Positions 8,527 to 18,394 of a stretch of 64,000 bases of DNA are shown piece by piece. How positions within the stretch are numbered: the stretch's first letter is position 1; the number at the start of each line of letters is the position of its first letter. Made by a program: the position numbers and the translations under genes. Origin of the DNA: Nitrosopumilus sp. (GTDB lineage: Archaea; Thermoproteota; Nitrososphaeria; Nitrososphaerales; Nitrosopumilaceae); contig JAILWG010000002.1 of assembly GCA_025699075.1 (NCBI GenBank), positions 56,048 to 120,047 of the forward strand, read 5' to 3'. The notes beneath the pieces were generated by a model that saw only the letters and a program-made list of their open reading frames with translations, searched no databases and was not told the origin of the DNA.

Positions 8527-9543
8527 ATGATAAAACAGAGAACATTAGTGTCAATTTTAACTAAAAAATCTGTTCTTGTTACTGGAGGTACGGGATCTAT
8601 TGGAACTGCACTAGTCAAAAAAGCAATTTTAGATAAAGCAAAATTAATTCGAGTTTTTAGCAATGATGAAAATGGATTATATGAATTGGAATCAGAATTT
8701 ACTAATCATAAAAATATTGAATTTGTGATTGGTAATATACAAAATGAAGAAATAGTGAATAAAATTGTAAAAGGTATTGACATTGTTTTTCATGCAGCAG
8801 CCTTAAAACATGTGGATCGATGTGAAATGAATCCTTTAGAGACTATTAATGTAAATATTATTGGAACAAAAAATATTGCAAATGCTGCACGGAAAGAAAA
8901 TATTCAACGAATGATTTTCATTAGTACTGATAAAGCTGTAAATCCAATTGGTGTAATGGGAGCAACAAAATTGTTGGGTGAAAAATTAATTTCTTCTGAA
9001 GCATCCCATCAATCTAATACTATTTTTGCATCTGTAAGATTTGGAAATGTCTTTCATACTAGAGGCTCAATTTTGCCTAGGATTGAAAAACAAATTTCTA
9101 GTGGTGGACCTATCACTCTCACAAATCCTGACATGAAACGATTTTTCATGACCAAAGATGATGCTGTTAATCTCATCATATCTGCTGCAACATATGCTAA
9201 AGGTGGCGAAACATTTGTTCTAAAAATGCCTCTGATTCGCCTTGAAGAACTTTTTGATGCAATGAAAGATATTTTATCCAAAAAATATGGATATGACCCA
9301 TCTTCTATAAAAACAAAAATTATTGGAACAAGACCTGGAGAAAAATTAGTCGAATATTTGCTTACTAGCTTTGAAATGGAACATGTACTAGAAACAAAAG
9401 ATTTTTTCATCATTCCTCCACTTAATGTTTCAGTAAAATCATACCCAAATGCAAAAAAACCAAAAAACCCTCAATCCTATTTCAAAGAAATAAAGACATT
9501 ATCAAAAAGTGAAATAACTAAAATCTTAAAAAAAGTATATTGA
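8527..9543 (+). CDS. UDP-GlcNAc 4,6-dehydratase (PseB/CapD-like)
   Basis: VTGGTGSIG, FHAAALKHV, ISTDKAVNP..VMGATK, VRFGNV, RPGEKL. Confidence 0.9.
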   Translation: MIKQRTLVSILTKKSVLVTGGTGSIGTALVKKAILDKAKLIRVFSNDENGLYELESEFTNHKNIEFVIGNIQNEEIVNKIVKGIDIVFHAAALKHVDRCEMNPLETINVNIIGTKNIANAARKENIQRMIFISTDKAVNPIGVMGATKLLGEKLISSEASHQSNTIFASVRFGNVFHTRGSILPRIEKQISSGGPITLTNPDMKRFFMTKDDAVNLIISAATYAKGGETFVLKMPLIRLEELFDAMKDILSKKYGYDPSSIKTKIIGTRPGEKLVEYLLTSFEMEHVLETKDFFIIPPLNVSVKSYPNAKKPKNPQSYFKEIKTLSKSEITKILKKVY

Positions 9544-9558
9544 AAAAATTTAATGATG

Positions 9559-11166
9559 TTATTTTAAATTCAACGAATTAAATTCTTCAAAATTAATCTC
9601 AAAAATCTTTACTTGGTATAACAATTGATCTTCTTTAGAATCATAAATTTTTGTTAAATATGGAAACTGATCTTCATTTTTAAAAATTTCATTTACAAAT
9701 GATGGTCTCCTTTGTTCTTTGTTGTCTATAACTAAATGAGTGATACCTTTTTCTTCAGAATTTTGTAAAAATCCTACAATATCGTTTGATTTAACCGAAA
9801 TTATATTATTACAAGCATGAATATTGAAGCAATGTTTTAAACCATTATCCATTTTCACAAAATCCTTTCTTAAAATTGGAAATTCTTCTAATTCTTGCAT
9901 TCCTATAATTGGTAAGTAACCTGATTCTGTTGTGTATTGATTAATGATTTCCGTTTTTTCAGAAACTATCTTGGCAATTTTCAAAGATTCATTTTCATGA
10001 TTCACATCTATTTTTTTAATTTCTAGAAATACAATTGAACTAACTAAAATTAAACTAACTAAAATAACTAACCCGATATTTTTATTTGAAAATTTATTGA
10101 AATATTTTCTTACTGTAAAGAGTGATATGACCGATAAAATAGGATATAAAATTAACAAATATCTGGTATCGGGCAAAAATGATATTGCATATACTGCAGG
10201 AATAGACATACAAAATAAAATTGTCACAAGAGATTTTTCATCATCTTTATTATTTCTTATAATTTGATAAATTCCATATGGAATTAAAAATATAAAAAAT
10301 GGAATTGATGCCCATCCTATTAAAAATATTATATTTTTAATATTATCCATTTTTTGAGATCTTTGTGTATTTTCTGCTATCTCTACATTTTGGTCTTGTT
10401 CATTTATTTGATCAAAAATATTGGGAATTCTAGATAATAATGAATCGTCACCTGTTACCTCTACTCTATAAACTGAAATTGGTAGAATTATTAGAATAAA
10501 TACTAAAACCAAAATTGGAATCTCATAAAAGATTTTTTTAGAATTTCTAAATCTAATTCCATATAATATTGTAAATGGTATTAATAAAATAATGCCTTCT
10601 GATCTTACAATTGATGCAAATGAAATAAGGGCAAATGCAATAATAATAATTTTTTTTCTCTGATGTAAAAAACAAACTATTGATGATGTTATTAGTAAAA
10701 TGAACAATGGCTCAGTTATTCCTAACACTGAGTTTTGAATAATTCTTGGTTCAAATACAAACAACACACAACCTATCACAGATAATTTTTCTGAAAAATA
10801 TTTTCTACCTAGAAAATATATTGGAATTATAGTTAGTGTTGACAAGCTAATAGAAATTATTCTTTGTAATGCCATCAAATCCATAAAATTATTTGAATTG
10901 AGTATTTTGAAAAAAAATGCTAAAAATATTGGCCATCCGTTATTTGCTGGAGAATAATCTAATGGTAAGGTTCCTAATAGTGCTATATCATTTGCATACC
11001 AAAAAAATAATAGTCCATCCAAAGTAATTGGAATTTCAAATGGCGAATAATGCATTCTTAAAACAAAACCAGTAATTCCTATTGCACAAATTGAAATTAT
11101 AAGATGAAGTTTTGATTTTTCTTTTATATTATAATCAATTTTCACTTTGTTATTTTTATTAGACAA
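9559..11166 (-). CDS. Multi-pass membrane GT-C glycosyltransferase (PMT/ArnT-like)
   Basis: Many hydrophobic helices, an acidic first loop (PITLDG), TEPLF and a DTRYLL motif. Confidence 0.65.
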   Translation of the reverse strand: MSNKNNKVKIDYNIKEKSKLHLIISICAIGITGFVLRMHYSPFEIPITLDGLLFFWYANDIALLGTLPLDYSPANNGWPIFLAFFFKILNSNNFMDLMALQRIISISLSTLTIIPIYFLGRKYFSEKLSVIGCVLFVFEPRIIQNSVLGITEPLFILLITSSIVCFLHQRKKIIIIAFALISFASIVRSEGIILLIPFTILYGIRFRNSKKIFYEIPILVLVFILIILPISVYRVEVTGDDSLLSRIPNIFDQINEQDQNVEIAENTQRSQKMDNIKNIIFLIGWASIPFFIFLIPYGIYQIIRNNKDDEKSLVTILFCMSIPAVYAISFLPDTRYLLILYPILSVISLFTVRKYFNKFSNKNIGLVILVSLILVSSIVFLEIKKIDVNHENESLKIAKIVSEKTEIINQYTTESGYLPIIGMQELEEFPILRKDFVKMDNGLKHCFNIHACNNIISVKSNDIVGFLQNSEEKGITHLVIDNKEQRRPSFVNEIFKNEDQFPYLTKIYDSKEDQLLYQVKIFEINFEEFNSLNLK

Positions 11167-11244
11167 TTTTTCTTCCTATCATGCTATTGTGATTATCATA
11201 TTATCAATTTATTATAAGAATTGAGTTTTTAGAACGAAATATTC

Positions 11245-12126
11245 CTATTTTTGTTCTCTAATTAGACTTACCATAGAATACAAAATGATTGATGTTAATA
11301 AGAAAATTGTACCCAAAATAGTTGAACCAGCTGCAATTAATGCTATGTTGGTTATGATAGTTCTATGAATTGAAAATTCATGTAATGTCCAGACAATAAA
11401 AAATAATCCGATTATTAAAAATACCAATCCTGGAATTCCATAAAATTTCAAAGGATGATCTAATGCTGTAAATTTCATGGTACTTAGTACTACAGAAATT
11501 CCATGACTAGCAGGATTATGAGTTGATGTATTACCATCGTAATTAATTATAATTGGAATTTCAATAGTTTTCAAACCTTTTTTAGAAGCTTTCATTAAAA
11601 TTTCAGTAGAAATACCCATTCCATTTTCAGTTGGATTAATTTCATCTAAGGCTTTTTTGTTATATCCTCTGAAACCACTTTGTGTATCCTTGATATTCAA
11701 ATCTTGAGATAATGATGAAATTTTTGTAATTGCTTTGATTCCAAATTTTCTATATTTTGGAATTTTGTCTTCTCCTTCCCCTAAAAATCTTGATCCGATT
11801 ACAATATCTGCATTGTTTGTAATCAGCGGTTTTAAAATATCTTTAATATCTGAAATATTATGTTGGCCATCTGCATCAAATGTTATTAAAATATCATAAT
11901 TCATTTCTTTTGCTTTTTCAAATAGACTTTTTATTCCAGCCCCATATCCCATGTTTTTATGATGATTGATCACAATTGCTCCCATTTTTTCTGCAATTTT
12001 TCCAGTTTGATCAGATGAACCATCATTACACACTATTACAGAATAATCTAGCTCTTGCAACTCTGAAATTATCTTTCCTATGTTTTTCTCCTCATTGTAT
12101 GCAGGTAATCCTATAGCTATCTTCAA
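11245..12126 (-). CDS. GT2 polyprenol-phosphate glycosyltransferase (DPM1-like)
   Basis: PAYNEE, NDGSSD, DADGQH, GSRF, DTQSGFR, and two C-terminal TM helices. Confidence 0.9.
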   Translation of the reverse strand: MKIAIGLPAYNEEKNIGKIISELQELDYSVIVCNDGSSDQTGKIAEKMGAIVINHHKNMGYGAGIKSLFEKAKEMNYDILITFDADGQHNISDIKDILKPLITNNADIVIGSRFLGEGEDKIPKYRKFGIKAITKISSLSQDLNIKDTQSGFRGYNKKALDEINPTENGMGISTEILMKASKKGLKTIEIPIIINYDGNTSTHNPASHGISVVLSTMKFTALDHPLKFYGIPGLVFLIIGLFFIVWTLHEFSIHRTIITNIALIAAGSTILGTIFLLTSIILYSMVSLIREQK

Positions 12127-12164
12127 ATCTCACTTTTTGAATTTACTTTAACATTTAAATCAAT

Positions 12165-13328
12165 TTATTCTCTTTTCTTGTTTAGCCTTTGATTAATTAT
12201 TACAAAATAAAGTGCTTCTATTGATGAAGCGATAACAAAAGATATTGCAACTCCTTGGATTCCTAACTCTGTTCCTATTGAAAATATTCCTACTATGTGA
12301 CTGGTAAGATAAATTGCTTTTCCAACAATTACAATTTTACTTTTTTCATCGCCTAAAAATTTTGATGTGTATCTTAATGTTATAGTCATTGAAACTGCAG
12401 CAATACTCATAATTTGAATTAGATCTATTGCAGGAATGTATTTTGGCATTAATATTGGTAATACACTTGGTGCTAATGCTATTGTTAAAATTGATGATAC
12501 TAGAACAATTAAAATCGTAATTAACCAGAGCTTCTTATGTGATTTACCGGAAGCCTCTTGTGGTAATAGATAACTAAATACAATTCCAGAAATCATCGTC
12601 AAAATCATTAAAATTTGAAAAGATAATTGATAATTTCCTAAAAATGAATATCCAAATAATGGTGCAACAATTAATTTATCTGCATATGTTCCCAATACTG
12701 AGAGCATTGAATGTCCATAGCTGTCTCTCATGAAAGGAATTTTTTCCTTTAGTGATGAAAATTCTTTTTTTGAAATTCTATATGTTTTATATCTTTTAAG
12801 AATAAATGGCATGAATGAAAATGCGTAACCTAAAACAATTCCTATAGGTCCAATAATAAAAAATAAACCGAAAGCAAATACAATTAATAAAACTCTCTGA
12901 ATTACATAATACTTTGCATATAACGGATACATTTTTTTCCCAAGTGTTTCATATAACAAATGATTAAAAATAACATATCCAATAATGTACAAACTTATTG
13001 CAATATTAGAAAATAATGTGAAAACTATTAGTGATGCAATGATGCTTGTAATTGTTGTAACAATCAGTATAGGTGATTCAATTTTCTTTTCTTTTGCAGA
13101 AAAAACCATTAGTGCATTTCCTGCACCTAAAAATGAAATCGCACTTGCTACTGATCCAATTGCAATAAAATAGTTAATTTCTCCATATTGCTCAGAATTC
13201 ATTAGTGAGGCTAAAACCAACCAAAAAACTGACGAAATTGCATTTCCTACTAAATTTGCAATTCCTACTGCTGAAAGATCTTTAAAAGGTAAAATTTTCT
13301 CAGAAATTCTTCTTCTATACTCGTCCAA
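12165..13328 (-). CDS. Wzx-like oligosaccharide flippase
   Basis: Polytopic membrane protein with EQYGEINY and DKLIVAPLFG..FLGNY patterns typical of PST/MOP flippases. Confidence 0.8.
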   Translation of the reverse strand: MDEYRRRISEKILPFKDLSAVGIANLVGNAISSVFWLVLASLMNSEQYGEINYFIAIGSVASAISFLGAGNALMVFSAKEKKIESPILIVTTITSIIASLIVFTLFSNIAISLYIIGYVIFNHLLYETLGKKMYPLYAKYYVIQRVLLIVFAFGLFFIIGPIGIVLGYAFSFMPFILKRYKTYRISKKEFSSLKEKIPFMRDSYGHSMLSVLGTYADKLIVAPLFGYSFLGNYQLSFQILMILTMISGIVFSYLLPQEASGKSHKKLWLITILIVLVSSILTIALAPSVLPILMPKYIPAIDLIQIMSIAAVSMTITLRYTSKFLGDEKSKIVIVGKAIYLTSHIVGIFSIGTELGIQGVAISFVIASSIEALYFVIINQRLNKKRE

Positions 13329-13342
13329 GGTTTTCAGCTATT

Positions 13343-14458
13343 CTAATCTCGTTCTATCCAAGAAATAAGTTGTTCTTGTAATTTCTCTGTACCCTGAGGT
13401 TTGTTTTCGAAAATATTCCTTTTTTCAGCAGGATCTTCTTTTAGGTTATATAATTGCCATTCTCTTATAGTCTTATTAAAAATTAATTTGTACTCTGAAT
13501 TTTTTATACAAAAAATGTTTGGTTCTTTTGGAGATGGATATGGTCCTTGAAGTGCACCTGTCTCAGAAAATACTTTAGTTTTATTTTCTAAATGCTTATT
13601 TTCTAATAAGAAATCATACACACTTTCCCCAGGTAAACTATTTTTATCTATTCCAACAAAATCTAATATTGTAGGAAAAATATCAATAGTTTCTCTTAGA
13701 CTGCTGTTGATTCTATTTTCAATTATTCCTTTTCCAATAAATAAATAAAATGATCTAATTGTTTCTTCAAATGTAAACGATCCATAATTTCTTTCACCAA
13801 ATCTCTCCCCAACTCCTGTACCATGATCTGAAAAGAAAATAATTATTGTATCATTTTTCAAATCTAAACTATCGATTGAATTTTTTATTAATTTTGAATA
13901 GCTTCCAGCTTCTAGGAAAACTTTATCATAATTTTTCAAATTTTCTTCTTTTCTTTGATAAAATTTTTCATCATTCCATTCATATTTTTTTAATATCTCA
14001 GAAACCGTTATCGTATGAATTCTCGTAAAATGAAGAAAAACGAATAATGGTTTTCCATTAGATTTTTCTTTACACGCTTTCAAGAATTCTGGATGTCTTT
14101 GTCTTAGATCATCAGAATACTCATCATGAAATTGGTGTATATCAAATCCTCTTTTAGTGATTATTCTCTCTGAGAGTAAATCACATGCTGTAAAATATCC
14201 TGCTTCTTGTAGTATTTCTGGTAGAATTTTTACCGAATCTTTTAATCTAAACATCTTGTAGTAAGCATCGATTCCATTATCTTTACCATACAAACCTGAA
14301 AAAGTAGCATTTACAGAACCAATTGTGTATGGGATTGCTGTATTTACATTATTTAATGTTGTACCTATTTTCATCAAATCTGTAAATTCTGTTGATGTTT
14401 CAATCCTATCCCATCTTGCCCCATCTAATAATATCATTATGATATTTGGTGGATTCAT
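13343..14458 (-). CDS. Alkaline-phosphatase/sulfatase-superfamily protein with a Thr nucleophile (putative phospho-group transferase)
   Basis: PNIIMILLDGARWD, TIGSVNATFSG in place of CxPSRxxxxTG, FSDHG, LYNLKEDPAEKRN. Confidence 0.75.
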   Translation of the reverse strand: MNPPNIIMILLDGARWDRIETSTEFTDLMKIGTTLNNVNTAIPYTIGSVNATFSGLYGKDNGIDAYYKMFRLKDSVKILPEILQEAGYFTACDLLSERIITKRGFDIHQFHDEYSDDLRQRHPEFLKACKEKSNGKPLFVFLHFTRIHTITVSEILKKYEWNDEKFYQRKEENLKNYDKVFLEAGSYSKLIKNSIDSLDLKNDTIIIFFSDHGTGVGERFGERNYGSFTFEETIRSFYLFIGKGIIENRINSSLRETIDIFPTILDFVGIDKNSLPGESVYDFLLENKHLENKTKVFSETGALQGPYPSPKEPNIFCIKNSEYKLIFNKTIREWQLYNLKEDPAEKRNIFENKPQGTEKLQEQLISWIERD

Positions 14459-14459
14459 T

Positions 14460-15254
14460 TTAATTCTCCATCTGAATTAATTTTGATATAGTTTTTTCTT
14501 TAGTCATTTTTTCATATAGCTTATAATCTTTTATTGAATCTACTTCTAGCCATCCATTTTTAATGTAAATTGGTTTCAGTTTTTGTTGCTCTTTTATTAA
14601 TCCTTGAAGAAAATCTGTCATGAATGAATTTTCAAAACTTAATTTTTCATTTAAAGGATTTTTTCCAGTTTTAATTGATTCATTTTTGGATTTTTTATAA
14701 AAGGATTTGATAATCTCTAAACCTTTTCCTTGTACTTTAATTAATCCAATGTATTGCCCTTGAATGTCTTTAATGTTGTTTGTTTTTTGTCCAATTTCTA
14801 TAATATTGCCTTCATCATTAATTTTCAAACTTTCTGCGTCATCTAGAGGATTTTCAAATCTCATCTTCCAATAATTTTCCCAATTTTTGTCAATAATTAT
14901 TGCAAATTCATTTGGGTCATCCATTAATTTCTCTAAAACCTTTTTTTCATAAATTATATCTCCATAAGAAATTATTATCGGCTCATTAAATTCGTTTTCT
15001 GCACAAAATAAAGTTTCAATCATGTTTGTAGATTCAAATTTTTCGTTAAAATAATATTTGATTTCTGGAAATTTTATCTCATCTTTTTTATAACCTCTTA
15101 CAACTGATATATCATCAATTTTACATTTTCTAAATGTAATTAATTGCCATTCTAAAAGAGATTTTCCCAATACCTTTACCATACATTTAGGTTTATCATT
15201 TGTCAATGGACGAAGTCTTTTACCTTCACCTGCTGCTAAAATTATTGCTTTCAA
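14460..15254 (-). CDS. Phosphoglutamine/phosphocholine cytidylyltransferase (Cj1416/LicC-like)
   Basis: AIILAAGEGKRLRPLT.DKPKC, SYGDI, GQYIGL, WLEVDS. Adjacent to the Cj1417- and Cj1418-like genes. Confidence 0.8.
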   Translation of the reverse strand: MKAIILAAGEGKRLRPLTNDKPKCMVKVLGKSLLEWQLITFRKCKIDDISVVRGYKKDEIKFPEIKYYFNEKFESTNMIETLFCAENEFNEPIIISYGDIIYEKKVLEKLMDDPNEFAIIIDKNWENYWKMRFENPLDDAESLKINDEGNIIEIGQKTNNIKDIQGQYIGLIKVQGKGLEIIKSFYKKSKNESIKTGKNPLNEKLSFENSFMTDFLQGLIKEQQKLKPIYIKNGWLEVDSIKDYKLYEKMTKEKTISKLIQMEN

Positions 15255-15259
15255 TTTAT

Positions 15260-15895
15260 TCAGATATTTTTTAATAAAAATTTAATTACTATTTCACTAT
15301 TCTCATCTTGAGTTCTTTCTGGATGCCACATTACTCCCATTATTGGTAATGTTTCATGAAAAAATCCTTCAACAGTTTTATCATTATTATCTAATGCAAA
15401 TATTTTCAAAGATTTCCCTATGTCGTCTTGTTTAATTATATTTCTATGGTACGAATTCACTGAAATTTTATCATTTTTAATAAAATCGATTATTTTTTCA
15501 TTTAAAATTGTAACCTCGTGATTTTTCCCTACATGTGAATTATCTGAAATTGTTGTTATTTTGCCTTCAAAAAAATTATTTATTACTTGCATTCCTCTAC
15601 AAACTCCAAAGATTGGAATTTTTTTATTTATCCCAAATTCAATAATTTCCGTTTCAGTCTGATCTCTTTCTATATCATCTCCAATGTTGTCTCCGCCTGA
15701 TAAAATAATTCCTTGTATTTCATTAATTTCTAAAAATCTTGTCAGATCTGAAAGATTATTTGGAATTAATATTGGGATCATGTATTCATTATCTAATAAT
15801 TTAATCCAATCTTGCGATAATGCATCTCGTTTTTCTTCATATCCTTGTGCATTTACAATTCTAGTCGTAATTCCAATTTTTTTGAATTCTGTCAT
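15260..15895 (-). CDS. Gamma-glutamyl-CDP-amidate hydrolase (Cj1417-like class I amidotransferase/peptidase C26)
   Basis: EKRDALSQDW, ILSGG, GVCRGMQ (catalytic Cys), NSYH, WHPER (His-Glu). Confidence 0.8.
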   Translation of the reverse strand: MTEFKKIGITTRIVNAQGYEEKRDALSQDWIKLLDNEYMIPILIPNNLSDLTRFLEINEIQGIILSGGDNIGDDIERDQTETEIIEFGINKKIPIFGVCRGMQVINNFFEGKITTISDNSHVGKNHEVTILNEKIIDFIKNDKISVNSYHRNIIKQDDIGKSLKIFALDNNDKTVEGFFHETLPIMGVMWHPERTQDENSEIVIKFLLKNI

Positions 15896-15938
15896 ATTAC
15901 TTAGTTATATTGAAGTTTTAAGATTCTTTTGATAAAAA

Positions 15939-18347
15939 CTATTTAATGTAACCTAGTGATTTGAGCGCTTTTTTTTCTTCAATAAACTCATCAGGTTTTT
16001 CATGTTTTAGAATTATGATCTGTTGATTCTTACAATCTATCATTACTTTTGAGGCTAACATTAATTTTTCAAAGATTATTTCCCCACAACCTATAACTGC
16101 TGGAATTCTAGTTTCTGCACATCTAATGGCCATATGGGATGCAACTCCTCCATATTTTGTGATTAATCCCTTGATATTTTTTGTAAATAACCAATCATAT
16201 CCTGGATCAGCATTTTCTAATAAAATAATTTTATTTTGAAGATTATTAAAGCTTGATACTTTTTCAATATTTTTTATGTCTCCAATAATTTTTTCTCTTG
16301 ATATAAAATTGGGTTTTGAAGAATAATGAAAAATAAATTCAAAATCCCTACTTGATTTAATTAAAGGTGGCAAAACAAGATGTTGATTGACTTTCTTTTC
16401 TTGAATTTGTTTTTCAATATTTTTTTTCCATTTAGATTTAATTTGATTTTTAGTTAATTTTTTATAATCATTTAACATGACTTGAATGTCTAAATTTGCA
16501 ATTTCCTCTCGAGTAAATCCTAACTTTTTACTAGCTTCAGCAACCAATTCAAGTGCATCACTTAGGTTTCTTGTAAATTCAAATTTCAATTCTTCACGTT
16601 GAACTAAGGATTTTATTATAAATCCTTCAAAATCATCCCACTGAATATTTAATTCATGTTCTTTAAAACTTATTTTTCTATTTTTTTTAACACTTCTTTT
16701 TCTTCTAGTATTTTTTAAAAATTCAATATTTTCAAAGTACCTTTCATTTTTATCATATCTTGGTGCAGTAATATCATAAGTTCCAGGTCTTAAATGACCA
16801 AATTCTTTTAAAAATTCCTTCTTTGTAATTTTTCCCTCTGACAACGATTTGAATTCATTTTTTAATTTTGATAAAGGACTTTCAATTTTTTCCATTAGAT
16901 ATTCATAATATTCTAAGTTGATATAGGAACGATTAATCATACTTTTTAATAAAATTGTGCCTATGAAAGCAATTCTAGCCATTGTTGAAAACGGTAATGT
17001 TCCATTTTTCTTACAATCTAAAAGTAATTTCTCTGCAGCACAAAGATAATCTATGTATTCTTTTTTTGAATTTTTTAATTCTTTTTGAATTATTTTTCTA
17101 TTCTCACCTAATTCATAAATTGATTTAGAACAATTGTTAAAAATCTTAGGAAAATTTAAGAAAATATTCTTGGTAAATTCTATTAATAGTTTCTTAATTT
17201 TTTTTATTTCTTCATTTGAAAAATCATGATTTTTTAGTTCTTTTAGTCTTTTATTAATTGAAAAATCATAACATGAAAATAAAATTTCAAATTCTACTTT
17301 ATCATGTAAGTGGTGATTTTTATCTAATTTTCTAATATAATATTTCAATAATTTTTTCTTTAGTTTATTGTCAAAAGATGCAGGTATCATTGAACTAAAA
17401 CTGGCTATTATGTCGATATAGGGCTTATTTCCAAATTTGAACATAAGTGAATTTGGTGACACATCTGTGTATCCAATAATTTTTCTACCTTCTCTCCATT
17501 CTTTTTTTAATAAAAGAAAATCATATAGAGAATAATCCAATAGATTTGGATTATTCCCAATTATTTCTGATGGGTTCCAATCTGCCATATCTGAAAAAAT
17601 TATTTTTTTTAATGGTTGATGTAAAGATTCTGAAAGTTTCAAAAATTTATTTTTATTTTTCTTTAAGTTTTTTTCTATAGTTTTCTGTATATTCTCATCG
17701 TCATTTTTCAAAAATGTGATTGGTCTTACCTGAAAAATCACTATTGATGATTTTGTAAGCCCAAATTCAATGTCTAATGGAATACTTCCAAAATGCGATT
17801 CAACTTCTTTAATTGATTCTATGATGTTTGAAAATTTTTTTTCTATGCTGATAGAATAGTTTCTAAAAATTTTTACAACCTTGCTTCTTTCTCCCTTTGT
17901 TACTGAATCAGTAGAGATACCTTCATCATAATTTATTACATAAAACGGTGATCCTAAATCTTCAGTTCTAGTAAACACTACTCCACTCATTAGAACATTT
18001 AATGTTTGATTTTGAACTAAAATTTGATTTTCTTTATTGAAATTTCCCTTTCTTTGATATGACTTAATAATTTTGTTTATGGCATTTTTAACCTTAAATT
18101 TTGAATTTGGGGGAATATTTAAGATGCTTTCATAAATACCTGCCTGAGAATTTGTGATTGAATCTTCACCAATGGCAGAACTTCTAATGATGATCTTTGT
18201 TTGAAAATTATTACAAATTTTGTTAAGAATTTGACTTTCATCTTTTTCCCATTCTAAAACTGTGAAATAAAAAATCTTTTCAATTTTTGATTTTTTTAAC
18301 GATTTTTGTAAAAATCTAAGAATATCTGCTTTTGAAGAAAATTCCAT
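15939..18347 (-). CDS. L-glutamine kinase (Cj1418-like PEP-utilising/PPDK-related enzyme)
   Basis: IIRSSAIGEDS..QAG.YES ATP-grasp, DIEF..FQVRP, MADWNPSEIIG, HDKVEF, GHLRPGTYDI, ADPGYDW, GGVASHMAIRCAE phospho-His; 802 aa. Confidence 0.85.
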   Translation of the reverse strand: MEFSSKADILRFLQKSLKKSKIEKIFYFTVLEWEKDESQILNKICNNFQTKIIIRSSAIGEDSITNSQAGIYESILNIPPNSKFKVKNAINKIIKSYQRKGNFNKENQILVQNQTLNVLMSGVVFTRTEDLGSPFYVINYDEGISTDSVTKGERSKVVKIFRNYSISIEKKFSNIIESIKEVESHFGSIPLDIEFGLTKSSIVIFQVRPITFLKNDDENIQKTIEKNLKKNKNKFLKLSESLHQPLKKIIFSDMADWNPSEIIGNNPNLLDYSLYDFLLLKKEWREGRKIIGYTDVSPNSLMFKFGNKPYIDIIASFSSMIPASFDNKLKKKLLKYYIRKLDKNHHLHDKVEFEILFSCYDFSINKRLKELKNHDFSNEEIKKIKKLLIEFTKNIFLNFPKIFNNCSKSIYELGENRKIIQKELKNSKKEYIDYLCAAEKLLLDCKKNGTLPFSTMARIAFIGTILLKSMINRSYINLEYYEYLMEKIESPLSKLKNEFKSLSEGKITKKEFLKEFGHLRPGTYDITAPRYDKNERYFENIEFLKNTRRKRSVKKNRKISFKEHELNIQWDDFEGFIIKSLVQREELKFEFTRNLSDALELVAEASKKLGFTREEIANLDIQVMLNDYKKLTKNQIKSKWKKNIEKQIQEKKVNQHLVLPPLIKSSRDFEFIFHYSSKPNFISREKIIGDIKNIEKVSSFNNLQNKIILLENADPGYDWLFTKNIKGLITKYGGVASHMAIRCAETRIPAVIGCGEIIFEKLMLASKVMIDCKNQQIIILKHEKPDEFIEEKKALKSLGYIK

Positions 18348-18394
18348 GTTGTTTCTAAATCTTGTTACTTTGATATATCATTGTATTTGTATAA

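Noticed and set aside
15939-18347. PEP synthase/PPDK or phosphonate (PepM) pathway
   Set aside because: There is no C-terminal pyruvate-binding barrel and no PEP mutase motif in the window. The neighbours match the phosphoramidate trio.
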